A DNA stretch of 64,000 nt from the human T2T-CHM13v2.0 reference genome, Homo sapiens. The translations under genes and the position numbers were made by a program. The notes under the pieces are model-generated. The model did not search any database. It was not told the DNA's origin and saw only the letters and a list, made by a program, of their open reading frames with translations. Of this stretch, positions 1 through 21,147 are shown piece by piece. The DNA lies in NCBI RefSeq assembly GCF_009914755.1, contig NC_060925.1, one strand, 5' to 3'. The first letter of the stretch is position 1. Each line of letters starts with the position of its first letter.

Positions 1-94
1 GGCACTGAAGTGATAGCCTGGAGGTTTGTGTGTGCACATGCATGTGTATGTGTTTTACGATAGTAGGCCCAACAGATACTGTAATCCACACTTG

Positions 95-376
95 TTTTTT
101 TTTTTTTGAGACAGAGTCTCACCTGTTGCCTAGACTAGAATGCAGTGGCACAATCTTGGCTCACTACAACCTCCACCTCCCAGGTTCAAACAATCCTTGT
201 GCTTCAGCCTCCCGAGTAGTTGGGATTACAGGTGTGTGCCACCGTGCCCAGCTATATTTTTTGTATTTTTAGCAGAGATGGGATTTTGCCACATTGGCCA
301 GGCTGGTCTTGAACTCCTGGCCTCAAGCAATCCTCCCACCTTAGCCTCCCAAAGTGCTGAGCCACCACACCTGGCC
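95..376 (-). mobile_element. Alu SINE
   Basis: Poly-T followed by gagacagagtctc...cccaaagtgctg...cctggcc. Confidence 0.9.
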
Positions 377-399
377 GCAACTGATTTTTAATCATGAAA

Positions 400-720
400 T
401 GACACATACATTTAAAAAACCCAATACCTATAATATTCCTGGCTAGTACTCTTCACATCTATATCATCAAAAACAAAGAAAGTATGTGAAACTGACACAG
501 CCAAGGGGAGACTAAGGAGACATAACAATTAACTGTAATGTGGTATTCTGGAGGGGATCCTGGAACAGAAAAAGACATTAGGCAAAAAACTAAAGAAATC
601 TGAATAAAATGTGGATGTCAGTTAATAATAATGTATCATATTAGTCCAGTAATTGTAACAAATATACCCAATAATGAAAGCCATTAATTATAGGGAAAAT
701 GGAGGGGTTAATATGGGTGG
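400..720 (+). mobile_element. Old L1 (L1MC-like) 3'-end fragment
   Basis: Motif gatcctggaacagaaaaagacatta...aatctgaataaa typical of L1MC 3' ends; boundaries approximate. Confidence 0.65.
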
Positions 721-1830
721 CTGGCTTTTGCTATTTCTAGCAGCTCCATTTTATCTACAAAAGACAAACATTCATTAAGTCCCAAAAAGGTAAAGAATGA
801 CAAATTAAGCATGTATCTTATTAGTAAGAGTAATATAAAGATGCTCACTCATATTTATAAATATTTGACAATCATGTTAAGGCCAGAAAAGAGAAAAAAG
901 GGTAGGGGCAAAAAACGCAAAGAGAAAGGAGTTAGTATCTTTTCTCCCGCACTCATTAGCTATTAAAAGAGGATGTTTGTTTAAAGCTGCTCAGAGCTGG
1001 TAAACTAATGTTAAGTCACTAACGGGAATTTAAAAGGTTTCATTAAGAACTGCCTGCACTAGATTCCTCCACCCTGAGACATTAAACAATCACGATAAAC
1101 CTCCTGAGTGGTAAGAACGTGTCCATTTAAAAACAGGCTATAGATTGTCATGCAGTTTTATCTACTAATCGGCTAATGCACCGCCAAAAACAAACAAAAA
1201 AACCCAAAGGGATGAAAGTTTCATCCATCAAAGGAAACAACAGTCACCTTGGTTCCCATCCCACTCATATACTGCCGCCGTACATGTCAATCAGATGAAC
1301 CTGTGCGTATCTCTTAACGACAATTGACCCACCTTTTTAACTGAAGTGAAGGGGGGTTCTGCTCCGCGACCACTTCCTGGATCTCTCCCTTCACCCTCTG
1401 TGTTCTTTCGGGTGCACCATCGGGTCAAAGCCGCAGCAACGCCGTCTCTGTGTGATCGCATGTGCCCTTCTGCACACGACCTTCCCCCGAGAGTGACCAG
1501 CTACCGGACAGGCACCAAGGAGGGCTACCGAGCACCTCCCGGACCGGCGGCTGCAGGATCGCGAGCGCCTCCGCTAGGGAGACCGCACGTTGCGCCTGTG
1601 CTTCCTGCGGTGGCGCCTTCTGCAAGGAGACCTCGACCCTGCTCCCTCTCCGGGGCTGGATCTGACTCCTTGACGGTGATTCCAGACGCGAGACCCAAAC
1701 TGACGGCTTCTAGAAGAGGGGCGAGCCCGGCCGCAAGTCTTTCACGTAGCTAAGTCATCGTTGCTTCCGGCTTCTTACCGTTCTCCCCTTTGTAAACGGT
1801 TACCTCCCGAAAACCCAGGCTCTCCTCCAA

Positions 1831-2042
1831 CAGTGGTTCTCAAGCGAGGCGATCTTCCCCGGGAGGGGATATTTGGCAAAGTCTGGGGGCATTTTTGGTT
1901 CACTGGGGCTGCTACTTGCATCCACTGGGTAGAGGCGGGGGATGCAGCTACACAACCTGCGAAGCACGGGACAGCACCCTCCCCAACCCAGACAGAATTA
2001 GCCGGCCCAAAACCTCAGTAGTGCCCAGGCTGAGAAACCCTG
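1831..2042 (+). mobile_element. MER20 (hAT-Charlie DNA transposon relic)
   Basis: cagtggttctcaa...gggtagaggc..gggatgc..cta...gctgagaaaccctg; about 212 bp with terminal inverted repeats. Confidence 0.8.
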
Positions 2043-2609
2043 CCTTAAACAAACAACAAAGAAAGGCCAAGTCCCATAAGTGGGTCACCGCGCCGAGACT
2101 GGGGTCCACGGGACACCCCAGCCACGCCAAGCCGGGAAGTCCCCGCCTCCTGGAGCTGAACCCGCCCCTCTCCCAGAGGTGGAGCTGCGGGGGGCGGGAA
2201 CAGGCACGGAGAAAATAAACAAGACTAAAAAGTCCTGAGTAGCGCTGTGTGGCCGCAAACCTGAACCCACCTTTTGCACCACGCGGGACCCGGCACTCTT
2301 CCTGCCACCCACCCCTGAGAGGGCTGCGCGGCCGACCCCAGTACTAGAAAACACTCGTCACCTCACTCAAGACGGGTACGAAGGCCAACGGACGCCTTCC
2401 TTTAGAACGCTCAGCACACAGAGCAACTTCTCACGCCTACTCTCAAATGGCGTACTCCAAACTAGCACTCCCGACGTCCAGCTGTGAACCCAGAGCGGCG
2501 GAAAGCCCCTGAACCCAGCGCCCGGGCATGCGCAGACGCGTTGTTGTGGTGGGCGTGGCTCCCTCCGGACCCGGCGCCCCGCCCTCCGCCCCGTGTCCGC
2601 ATGCGCGAC

Positions 2610-2749
2610 TGAGCCGGGTGGATGGTACTGCTGCATCCGGGTGTCTGGAGGCTGTGGCCGTTTTGTTTTCTTGGCTAAAATCGGGGGAGTGAGGCGGGCC
2701 GGCGCGGCGCGACACCGGGCTCCGGAACCACTGCACGACGGGGCTGGAC
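2610..2749 (+). other. TMEM50A: TMEM50A exon 1 (5' UTR); start approximate
   Basis: Ends at consensus donor GAC|gtaagt (GT at 2750-2751), inside the CpG island. Confidence 0.85.
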
Positions 2750-4094
2750 GTAAGTGTCGGGCGGGGAGTGGGGGTAAGAGAGTAGCGGCCGCAGGCTGGA
2801 GAGGCCTCGGAGCCGGGGCCGTCTGACGGGCTGGTGCCCACAGCACAGGCTCGTTGCCGCCACCCTCCCGGAAGCCGCAGACCCGGGCTGAGCCGCCGCG
2901 GACCTCTCCTCTCCTGGGTCCGGCGGCGCCAGGAGAAGGCGACGGCGTCCAGACCCCGCCAAGACGGAGAGGGGACCGCGCCCTCCCCCGGGACACCCCA
3001 GGATCCCTGGAAAATCCCCCGATCCCCCACTTCACAGCTGGACAAGCCGAAGCCCCGAGAAAGGAGCGTGACCCGGCCAGCTCCCTCAGCGAGGGGTGCC
3101 CCGGCTAAAGGTGGCTCCCCCATCTTCCAGCGGCGTCCCTCGAGACCTAAAAGTCCCAGAGTTTGGAGGGCGGGGTCTGGCTTGAGCGTACCAGTCGTCG
3201 TGCAAAGAAAAATGGATTCGGGGTGGGGCCATTGGGATGAACCGAAAATAACACTTATTGAATTGCAGTTCTTCCCGGGGAAGAATCAAATGAGTGAATT
3301 TCCTAAATTGAACTTGTCCCAAAGGCATCTTAGCATTGGCTGTAATCATATATTTTAATATTTAATTTTTAAAAGAGAAGTTAAAAATGGGAGACGTTGC
3401 TCTATTGTAGGGTGTCATATTTTTGGACAACCATAATTGCTGGCTACAAAGTATCTTAAGGAAGTCAAGTTCGCTGTAGGAGTTTGGGTGTTGTTATTCG
3501 CAAGTTATATGTATTTCAGGCTTTTTCATACTCTGAAATAGAGATAACATGGCTGTATCTCAGGTCTCTACTGCTCGGCTTACAGGAATGTTTTATATAA
3601 TTTGTAAAGACAGCTTGGGTCGGCTATATTTAAATAGCAGTTGGATTTTTGTAATCTGAATTACTATTAACCACGATTCTGTGCTTGCTTTTGGCTGGAA
3701 ACACCCGTTAGGATCAGAGATAGGGATATTAAAGTGGATGTTCTTTATATAGAAATGACACCAAAAGGCAGGCTTGCAGAAAGAAAAATAATGAATGAAG
3801 TGAAAGGAAATGATGTGGGTAGAGGTAAGAACTGCAGTGCAGTGTTTAATTTCTTGATTTAGGTGTGAAGAAACACACGTTCTGTGATAAAATATGTAAA
3901 TTAGAGAAATATTTTTCATTTGAATCTGTAATTCCACTCAGAGCCAAAGTTTATCACTTGTCTCTCTACTAATGTTAGTGCTCCTGGACTGTAAATATCA
4001 AATTCATTTAATAAGTTTGGAATCAAAATGATACAAAAGAGCTCCTGTGGATTAGTAATCATATACTTGGTATTAAAAGTACCACCTAAACTAA

Positions 4095-4547
<453 letters not shown>

Positions 4548-4743
4548 TAAAAAAGATACTAAATGAATCCAGATATTACTTTCCAAAGTTATAATGTGGA
4601 AATTCATCAAAAACTAAATCAAATATTCTGAAGAAGTATGTGGAACCAAAATAAAGCATTTGTAATTTCACTTTTATCTAATTATTCCTGAGCTATTAAT
4701 TATTTTTCGGGCTTGAAGCAAGTAAATGGAAGTACTTATTTAA

Positions 4744-4929
<186 letters not shown>

Positions 4930-5263
4930 TGAATTCTGCAGGATGTTTTAAAATATGTACTATTTATTTTATCTTTGACCACTTTGACCATGTTGATATT
5001 TTGTTGTTTGTGGAGAGTTATTAGTTCCACTTTAAGAGTTTATGGTTTAAAATTTGATTAACAAGTGGTTGGGTTGTTTTAACTGCATGGTAAAAATGGC
5101 ATAATAAAACATTTGTTCATTATATGGATTATATCTCCTTTTAATGAGTATATTAAGGTACAAGGAAGTGTTTAAGACGCAGTCAGGTCAAAACCAGTCA
5201 ATAGATGTGATTGCATTTCTCCATAATCCAGTTAACTTTCTTCTCAGTCTCAGGGAAAAAAAA

Positions 5264-5327
5264 GTGCTCGCTTTGGCAACACATACACTAAGATTGGAAT
5301 AATACAGAGAAGATTAGCATGGCCCCT
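5264..5327 (+). pseudogene. 3'-truncated U6 snRNA retro-pseudogene (U6 nt 1-64)
   Basis: gtgctcgctttggcaacacatacactaagattggaataatacagagaagattagcatggcccct matches the U6 5' half including the ACAGAGA box; A-rich flanks. Possibly RNU6-1171P (recall, unverified). Confidence 0.9.
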
Positions 5328-5489
5328 TAAAATTTTTTTTTAAAAAGCAAAAACAAAAAGGAAACTCATTAAAATACATTGTGTGGAAGTAATTTACAGA
5401 ATAAAATTCTTATTTACACTTCAGATCCCTCAAGGGATCTGCTATTAGTTTTTTATGATCATATGGTGTCGTAGGCTCTAAAGAGTAAT

Positions 5490-6297
5490 TTTTTATTTTT
5501 ATTTTTTGAGATAGAGTTTTGCTCTTGTTTTTTTGTTGTTGTTGTTTTTGTTTTTTTTGGTTTTTTTTGAGACGGAGTCTCAGTCTGTCGCCCAGGCTGG
5601 CGTGCAGTGGCGCAATCTCAGCTCACTGCAAGCTCCGCTTCCCGGGGTTCACGCCATTCTCCTGCTTCAGCCTCCCGAGTAGCTGGGACTACAGGCGCCC
5701 GCCACTGCGCCCGGCTAATTTTTTTGTATTTTAGTAGAGACGGGGTTTCGCCGTGGTCTCGATCTCCTGACCTCGTGATCCGCCCGCCTCGGCCTTGCAA
5801 AGTGCTGGAATTACAGGTGTGAGCCACCGCGCCTGGCCTTGCTCTTGTTTTAGTAGAGACGGGGTTTCTCCATGTTGGTCAAGCTGGTCTTGAACTCCCG
5901 ACCTCAGATGATCTGTCTGCCTCGGCCTCCCAAAGTGTTGGGATTACAGGCATGAGCCACCGCACCAAGCCATTTTTTCTTAAGCTTTAAGATTTATTTA
6001 TTTTCGAGACAGGGTCTCACTCTGTCTCCCAGGCTGGAGTACAGTGGTGAAATCACTGCTCATTGCAACCTCGACCTCCCGGGCTCAGGTGATCCTCCCA
6101 CCTCAGCCTCCGGAGTAGCCTGGACCATGGATGAAGGCCACCACACCGGGCTAATTTTTGTTTTTTTTTTTGTTTGTTTTTTTTGTAGAGATGAGGTCTC
6201 TCCATGTTGCCCAGGCTGGTCTCCTACTCCTGGGCTCAAGTGATTCACTGGCCTTGGCCTCCCAAGGTCCTGAGATTACAGGCTATTGCACCTGGCC
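5490..6297 (-). mobile_element. Alu cluster: AluY (~5530-5838) nested in an older Alu, plus an AluJ
   Basis: Duplicated ttgctcttgttt flanks the CpG-rich inner Alu. Confidence 0.85.
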
Positions 6298-7252
6298 AAA
6301 AAGCTTTGAGTTTTTAGTCTATGAAGAAAATATCTTAAATACATTGAGCTGAGGGTAAAAAGAAAGGCATATGTACTCATGCTAGCCATTAAAAATGTTA
6401 TTAATCGAGTATGGATCTGTCTGTAACCTGATAAAAGTAATTTGACTAGCCTAAAATTGTTACTTTAAAATAATTGCCAGAAGATGTCAGTTGCCAGAGC
6501 TAACTGAGTCAGGGTCTGGTGTGGGGATAGGAAAGGAAAGGGGGTTACTTTTAAAATCTTCTAGGCTACTTGTCAGAATTTGGTTAATATAATTTTATTG
6601 TAAATATCTGCTCAGATGATAAAAACTGTTTTGAAGTTTTGGCGTTATTTTGTTATACCTTTGCCCTTGATAATATCTAGAGCCAAATTCAATTAGATAA
6701 ATTGTAATCTGGTGTTTAAATTAAATTTAAAATCACACCTGAAACCATATTTAGACTGCACTGGAATTCATCAAAAGCAGAACCTCAGAGCTGTTATTTC
6801 ACACCAAGAAGATAGCTAAAATTCTGTGAACAATAGTTGTTCTCCATATTAATTTGAATGCTTTTTTCTTGATTTTGGGGAATATTTCTCTGGAAGTTTA
6901 TCATATATCAACAGGACACTTCTGTCAGTTGGAATTGGAGTCACTTTTTTCCTTTCCCCCTCCATGAGATAACTGGTTTCTAGTTCACCAAATTAGATTA
7001 CAAGGCTTTATTATGATAAAAATTAAATAATGATTGAAGTAGGCTTAGAGAAAAGTTATGTTAATAAATATAAATTGCTCTCAGATTTAAGGGTACCTAA
7101 TCAGTTATTAGGCCATGTGCAAATTACATGTGGGAAAAAGCTAGAACATTTTTGAAATGTATTAAAAGGGATCTCCTCACTTAAATACCTTGCTTTTAGC
7201 CAGTGAGATACAGAATTGCTATGATTTCTCATTGGTATCACCTTTGTTTTAG

Positions 7253-7366
<114 letters not shown>

Positions 7367-8240
7367 TAAGTGTCATCGTAATTGGCATTACTTACATAGC
7401 TTGCCACAAAATAAAAATGTTTCAAATATAGTTGCATAGATTTAAAATTCTAAATATTATCAGATTAACACACTGGACATGATTTAAAAGTCACACAGTA
7501 GAGATGGACTTATACAGAAAAGCAGCAGTCCTCTTTATTCTTTTTGTGTACCTCTCCACTCCCTCCCAGCTTCTCTCAGCTATTCTTTTATTTTATACCC
7601 CCAGGGTTTATAGCTTTATATTTAAGTCCGAAACTGTGTATTTTGTCTAAGGGATAATTCTTTCAACAATATTTATTAAGCTTTTATATTCCAGACTCTG
7701 CTCTAGGTACAGGACATATAGTAGTTAGTAAAACAGGAAAAATCCATGTCTTTTTGTCATTTAAAATAAGTGCAAAGGAGAAAAAATAGAGAAAGGAGAT
7801 ATGTGCAAATAAGTGCAAAGGAGAAAGGGATGTCAATAGGAGGGATAGAAATTAAAAAAATTTTTTTTTTATAGAGAGGGTGTCTCATTATGTTGCTCAG
7901 GTTGGTCTCCTGGGCTCAAGTGATCCTCCCACCTCGACCTCCCAAAGTGCCAGGATTACAGGTGTGAGCCACCACACGTGGCCAGAAATTTTCAGCAGAG
8001 TCAGAGAAGGTCTCACTAAGAAGGTGACTTTGAGTAAAGACTTGAAGAAAGTGAAGGAGCTGACCAGGGGATGGGGATATATAAGAGAGGTTCATTCCAG
8101 GCAGGTGAAACAGCAAGTACAAAGGCTTTACGGCAAGGAGACCAGTATAACTGCAGTAGCAAGATCAAGGGAAAGAGAAATTGATGAGGTCAAAGAAGTG
8201 GTGGAGAGGGACAGATGGTATAGGGCCTTGAGAAGCATTA

Positions 8241-8540
<300 letters not shown>

Positions 8541-8834
8541 GAACTTTACTTTCATTGTAAGTGTAATGGAAGCCATTGGAAGGTTTCGAGCAGAGGAATG
8601 AAATGACCTTATATTTTAATAGGAGCATTCCTGTTGAAAAATTTTTAAAACCGGTAAACAAAATTTATTGCAGTGCCAAATAGTATAAGCACCATGACTC
8701 TGTGCTTCTCAAATTTATCAATGTATTTTGAAAATATTCTTGTATTCTTACCAGTTTCTCAAATTCATAAAATCGTTTAGTTTGCTTCATACTTGGGCTG
8801 TGACTTTGTTATTTAGTATTGTTTTTTCCTATAG

Positions 8835-9251
<417 letters not shown>

Positions 9252-9454
9252 TAACTTCTTTTGTTTTAGAAATCAACATCCCAGAAGCCCGTATCTGTCT
9301 GTTTCATTATGAATTAATGACTGTGTAAGCCTGCTGCAGCACTGTCACCATGGGACTTCCCTCCCCTGTTGATCAGGGTTGAATCCACTGTTTTTCCAGT
9401 TACCACATCTTCTTTTTTTTTTTTTTTTTTTTGGATACAAGAAGTATTTACTTT

Positions 9455-11842
<2,388 letters not shown>

Positions 11843-12696
11843 TAATTTAGGTTGTAGAGTCATCTCATACAGGCTTCCAGGTAATCCAAGTTGAAAATTA
11901 CACACATTTTTAAATTTTGCTACAGTTACTTAAGTGTAAACACAGTAACTTGTATTTTCAGAGTAAAGCAAGTGGCTAAGGGCAGCCAGTTTGACTGTGC
12001 CTGGCATGGAGTCAGTGCCAGAGTAGTTATTCATTCGCAGAAGTAAAGGTCTGACTTCAGAAGCCACTGATAGCAAAGGGCTGTGGTCTTTTTCTTTGAA
12101 GTTCAGCCAGTATGCAGCTATTTCTAGTTCTTTCCATCTTGTTGCAATTTATTTTACCGTAATAATGATGCTGTTAGAATTCTTTTAGAAAGCTGACACC
12201 TAAATTTCAACATTGGTTTAGATTTAAAAGTTTTATTTTTGTGATTGTATTTTTGTCCTGCTTTTGTTCTCAGATCTTTAAAAAATTATTTTGTTCCATT
12301 TTGAAGCAGTAGCAAGTCTGACTATGGAGGGGAATTATAGCTGTATATGAGCTTGAATGTACTATTCAAACGTGTTTCCTGCTAAACTTACATTCTGTTG
12401 CATTAACATAATTATAGCAGAGCTGACTTCATGTCTTTATAAATGTTTATCATCTATTTGGCTTCAGTTTACATCTTTTTATTATAGTGTCAGATAGTGT
12501 CAGGCCATAATTTTAAACAAAAACTGTTAGTTAATTATAATTCAAATGGATAGGAGTCAAAAAGCAGCTATTCTTTCATTAATGACTTTATTATTTTTTC
12601 TCTTATTACAAAAGTTCTCTGATTTTGTGGCTTTAAAAATATTAATAAATGTTCTGTGTATTACTCTGTATTTTTTAATTTTAAAAATGTAGGGTA

Positions 12697-13032
<336 letters not shown>

Positions 13033-14689
13033 TCACCAAACTATAACATTTTGACAGATATTCTACCAGTGTTCTCTTCTGTTTTCTCTTTCTCTAACAC
13101 ACATCTATATGTTTTAAAAGTAATATTTAACTCTTCTCCACTTCCTTTCCTCTTCCTGGAAAAATTCAGTCCAAAAACTATTAGGTGAGGTCAAGCATGA
13201 GAGGCATCCTCTATAGAAAGACAAGTTGTGGTGGCCCAGAGCAGGCTGCTGGGCTCAGGCAGGGTGGGAAGGGGCAGCTCAGCATGGGCTCAGATCCTGA
13301 GCAGGGTGAGGAGGGGATCCATGCAGCGGAGCGTGGGATGGAAGAAGGCAGCCCTACATGGGATGCTGGAGTCTGAGCAGGGTGAAGAGGCTGTCCAGAT
13401 GGGGCAGGAGAAGCAGTGTGGCAGCTCTGTCCGCTAAGAGTGCCCAGAACAGCTACACCCCAACACCAGGAGCACACCTATAGCCCCCAGTTATGGAGCA
13501 TCATGTTGACAAATACCAGACGTTTCAGTAAAAAGATTATTTAACTAGTAACTTTTCTATAAATTGGAGAACATACATAAAAATAATCATAGCAGAGAAC
13601 AAATAGAGATTGTTCATTCCAAAGTGTCCCTAATAGTGAAGACAGGATTGTGGTGGCTCACAGAGGGCTCTGAAGTTTATTCAGATGGCTCAGCAAGGAA
13701 AACGAGCTGAGAACCAGTAACCCAAGAACATTTATTTGTGTTTTACTTTTATATATGAAACCTGTTTTTAATGTATCTATTTTATATACAAAATAATTTA
13801 GTACTGTACAGAGATCACTGAAAATAATTGAGTATTTTGATCATTCTGAAACTTAGATTTGTATGAATAAATTAAGACATCATATTACTGTGAAAAAAAC
13901 TAGGATTCCTATATTCACTTTTTTTTTTCATAGATACAAGGTCTTACTATGTTGCCCAGGCTGGTCTCAAAGTCCCGGGCTTAAGCAATCCTCCTACCTT
14001 GGCCTTCCAAAGTGCTGAGATTACTGGCACAAGCTACCAGGCCTGACCTAAACACATTTATTGAGCACCTACTATGTGCGAAGCCCCTAGCCTTGTGCTA
14101 GGCATTGAGAATGAAAATGAGAAACAAGACAGACAATGGCTCCTGTCCTCATGAAGCTTATATTCTAGTGTTAGACACACACAACTAAATGGGTATATAT
14201 ATCATAGGTATAATGTTTTGTAACTTTAACTTGATGTATTGTGAACGTTTTCCCATGACATTTGGAATGTTTCAAAGGATACTTCTAAAGAAAGCAAGCC
14301 TATCTCAATTTAGAGTGGTATGCTATGAAGAGTTAGTAAAACACCTTATGTTTAGAGCCTGTATCAAGGATTTAAAAAACAAGATTTTACCACTTGAATC
14401 TCTATTCGATAATATCTTCAGAGCAAAAAGTTATTGTATTGTTTGAAATATAATTATTTCTCCAAACATTTGATATCAGTACAAAATTACTACAAAAAAA
14501 TTTATTCCAAAGCCAATTTTAAGAAATATTTGGATTATCCAGGGCCCATTTTCTCCCTCTGCCATTGCCATACATGAGTACATGTTATGTCTGATACATA
14601 CAAATGGAATATCAGATAGAACCAAGCAAAATTATCTTTTTACCTGTTCCAATCTTAGCAAAAGAAAATTTTGAGAATTTTGTTCCCGA

Positions 14690-16808
<2,119 letters not shown>

Positions 16809-17140
16809 TGTGGGATCATTGTCTATATAAAAGCATAAGGAGAATGAGCCTCTAAATATGGTGAAACAGATTTTATGAGATGTTTTATAGGAAGGTTGAG
16901 TATAGGTTTTCTCAGTGTAGGCAGTTGGGGAAAGTAAGTATATGCACTTATACAGACTCATAAATAATTTTTAAAAATCTATACAGACCAACCAAGAAGA
17001 AAAAGGCCAACAGGTACACTGATGAAGATGTTTAACACATCCTTTACTGTTCTCACGTTAGACTTTAATGGCAGTTGCACTTTTTTTTTTTCTGTTTGGG
17101 TTTTATTTTCTTTTTGAAAGTTAATTGTACTGCCCTATAA

Positions 17141-17341
<201 letters not shown>

Positions 17342-17566
17342 TAAAATTTTTTTCCTATAGTTGGGCCAACTACTAGCGATGCATTTATATCCGGGACCCC
17401 CCACCCTCCACCGACAGTGTTTGGTTTTCTTTGTCTTATATATTTTTAGTATTCCTTTCTTCAGTCATTTTTCTTCTTATCCAGAGCCTGGAAGGGATGA
17501 GACAGCTCTAAACACTGCTTTTCTTTGGCTTCCAAAAATCTCAAAAGCAGAACATATGTTATCTAG

Positions 17567-19620
<2,054 letters not shown>

Positions 19621-20039
19621 GAAAAAAATTACCTTGTTATCATGGGAATTGCATAATGCTTATTCATTATAGAAAACTAAGAATATAAAAGAACTCAAAA
19701 GAAGAAAATGAAATTACTGATAATTCTTTCCCAGATACAACTATTAATACAGGGTCCCTTTTTATAGGAATGTCTTTATCTCATAATTTTAGGCTATTTT
19801 CCTGAAAGCTTCTGGAGCAAGGTTATGTTTTGAGAATTATTAGCAGCAGATCTGTAATTTTATAAAGTTGGCTTTATAACATTTTTAGAAGCCATTCTAG
19901 TGGTAATGGTTATTTAACGTGAAATAGTGGTGAAGACCTATGCAAACCATCTGTTATGTTAATCAGATTAACCAAAGCTGTTCTGAAATGAGAAAAATTT
20001 GACAGTTCACCTATTTATTGTGCCTCTGTCAATGAGCAG

Positions 20040-20900
20040 TCATTAACAATTCCAGTAGTAGAAATTTATGAGAATTTCAACTTCACTTCTAGATACAATC
20101 AGAAAAAAATGTTGCTCCAGCAGTCCTTCCAATCTTAGTTAATGGCTGGCTACTCTATCTTTCCAGGTGTTTAGGCCAAAAGCCCTGGATGGTGAAGGCC
20201 TGTCAAAGATGACATTTGTCTTCCTCCCACGCCCCATATCCAATCTATCTGCAGATCATGTTGACTGTGCTGTAAAATATATCCTGAGTCTAACCACCAT
20301 TTACCATCTCTCCATTGCTACCACCCTGGTTCAATCCATCATAATCTCTCACCTGATTTCCTGGAAGAGCCTCCTAACTGGTTTCTGTTTCCTCTCTTGC
20401 CTCCTTTAATCTACCCTCAGCACAGCAGCCAGAGGGATCCTCTTAAAATATGTCATCTCAGATCACTTTTCTGCTCACAACCCAGTGGCTTCTCGTCTCA
20501 CTCAGAGTAAAAATCAGAGTCCTCACTGTGACTGCCAGGTCTCTGCTGCCCAGTTGCCCTCTTTCTTTACCCTGTCCCTGCTCTTCCCTCTTGTGCCTAC
20601 GTGGCTGTTCCTGTAATTCACTGGCGTGCTCCCTCAGGGCGTGTGCATGGCTTCTTCCCCACTTCCTGCGTGTCCTTACTCCAGTGTCACCTTCTCATGG
20701 GGTCTTCCTGGCCATCTGTGTCCAATGTCACACTACACTTCTCCACCTTTCCTGCATTATTTTATCTTCTTTTTATTCAGTATATTCTCTAGTTCCATGA
20801 GGGCAAAAAAAATTTTACCTGTTTTGTTTATTGCAGTATCCTCAGTATTAAATAGGGCCAGCATACAGTATGCCCCCAGTAAATATTTGTTAAGTGAACT
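20040..20900. mobile_element. L2 LINE 3' portion
   Basis: L2 motifs cacagcagccagagggatcctcttaaaa...tcagatca and terminal aaatatttgttaagtgaa. Confidence 0.75.
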
Positions 20901-21048
20901 AAGGGAGCTATCATTTACTAAAGCCATGCTAGACTCTGTTACACATTATGTCTTTTAATACTCAAGCCAACCCTAATTCTAAGAAAAATCAATTCTTCTA
21001 GGCAGGAAAACTGGTATTTGCCAATATATCTGAAACTAAATGTTTTGA

Positions 21049-21147
<99 letters not shown>

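Larger units (their letters stand above)
1..2600. repeat. 3' part of the downstream (or hybrid) Rhesus box segmental duplication; right boundary approximate
   Basis: Lies directly 5' of TMEM50A, where the downstream Rhesus box is known to end. 1178-1202 (gcaccgccaaaaacaaacaaaaaaa) matches, from recall, the target of the downstream-box-specific RHD zygosity primer rnb31. The boundary cannot be fixed without aligning to the upstream box. Confidence 0.7.
1340..3230. promoter_or_regulatory. CpG-island, TATA-less promoter of TMEM50A, probably bidirectional
   Basis: Dense CpG/GC. NRF1-like GCATGCGC at ~2526-2533 and ~2599-2606, GC boxes at 2577-2592, YY1-like CAAATGGCG at 2444-2452, ETS-like cores (cttccgg ~1765, ccggaag ~2868). 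Confidence 0.9.

Noticed and set aside
1346-3358. Several long ORFs (135-226 aa) on both strands of the promoter
   Set aside because: Low-complexity R/G/P/A products expected from stop-poor GC-rich DNA; no recognisable domain, and several read through the exon 1 donor
7764-7827. 20-bp direct repeat aaataagtgcaaaggagaaa separated by a short spacer
   Set aside because: Only two copies in L2-like DNA; a local duplication, not an array or CRISPR-like structure
13185-13480. GC-rich patch with repeated ctgagcagggtga(g/a)gagg (13297-13314, 13373-13390) and short ORFs
   Set aside because: Resembles the GC-rich internal repeat of old L1M 3' UTRs; no convincing exon borders or protein similarity
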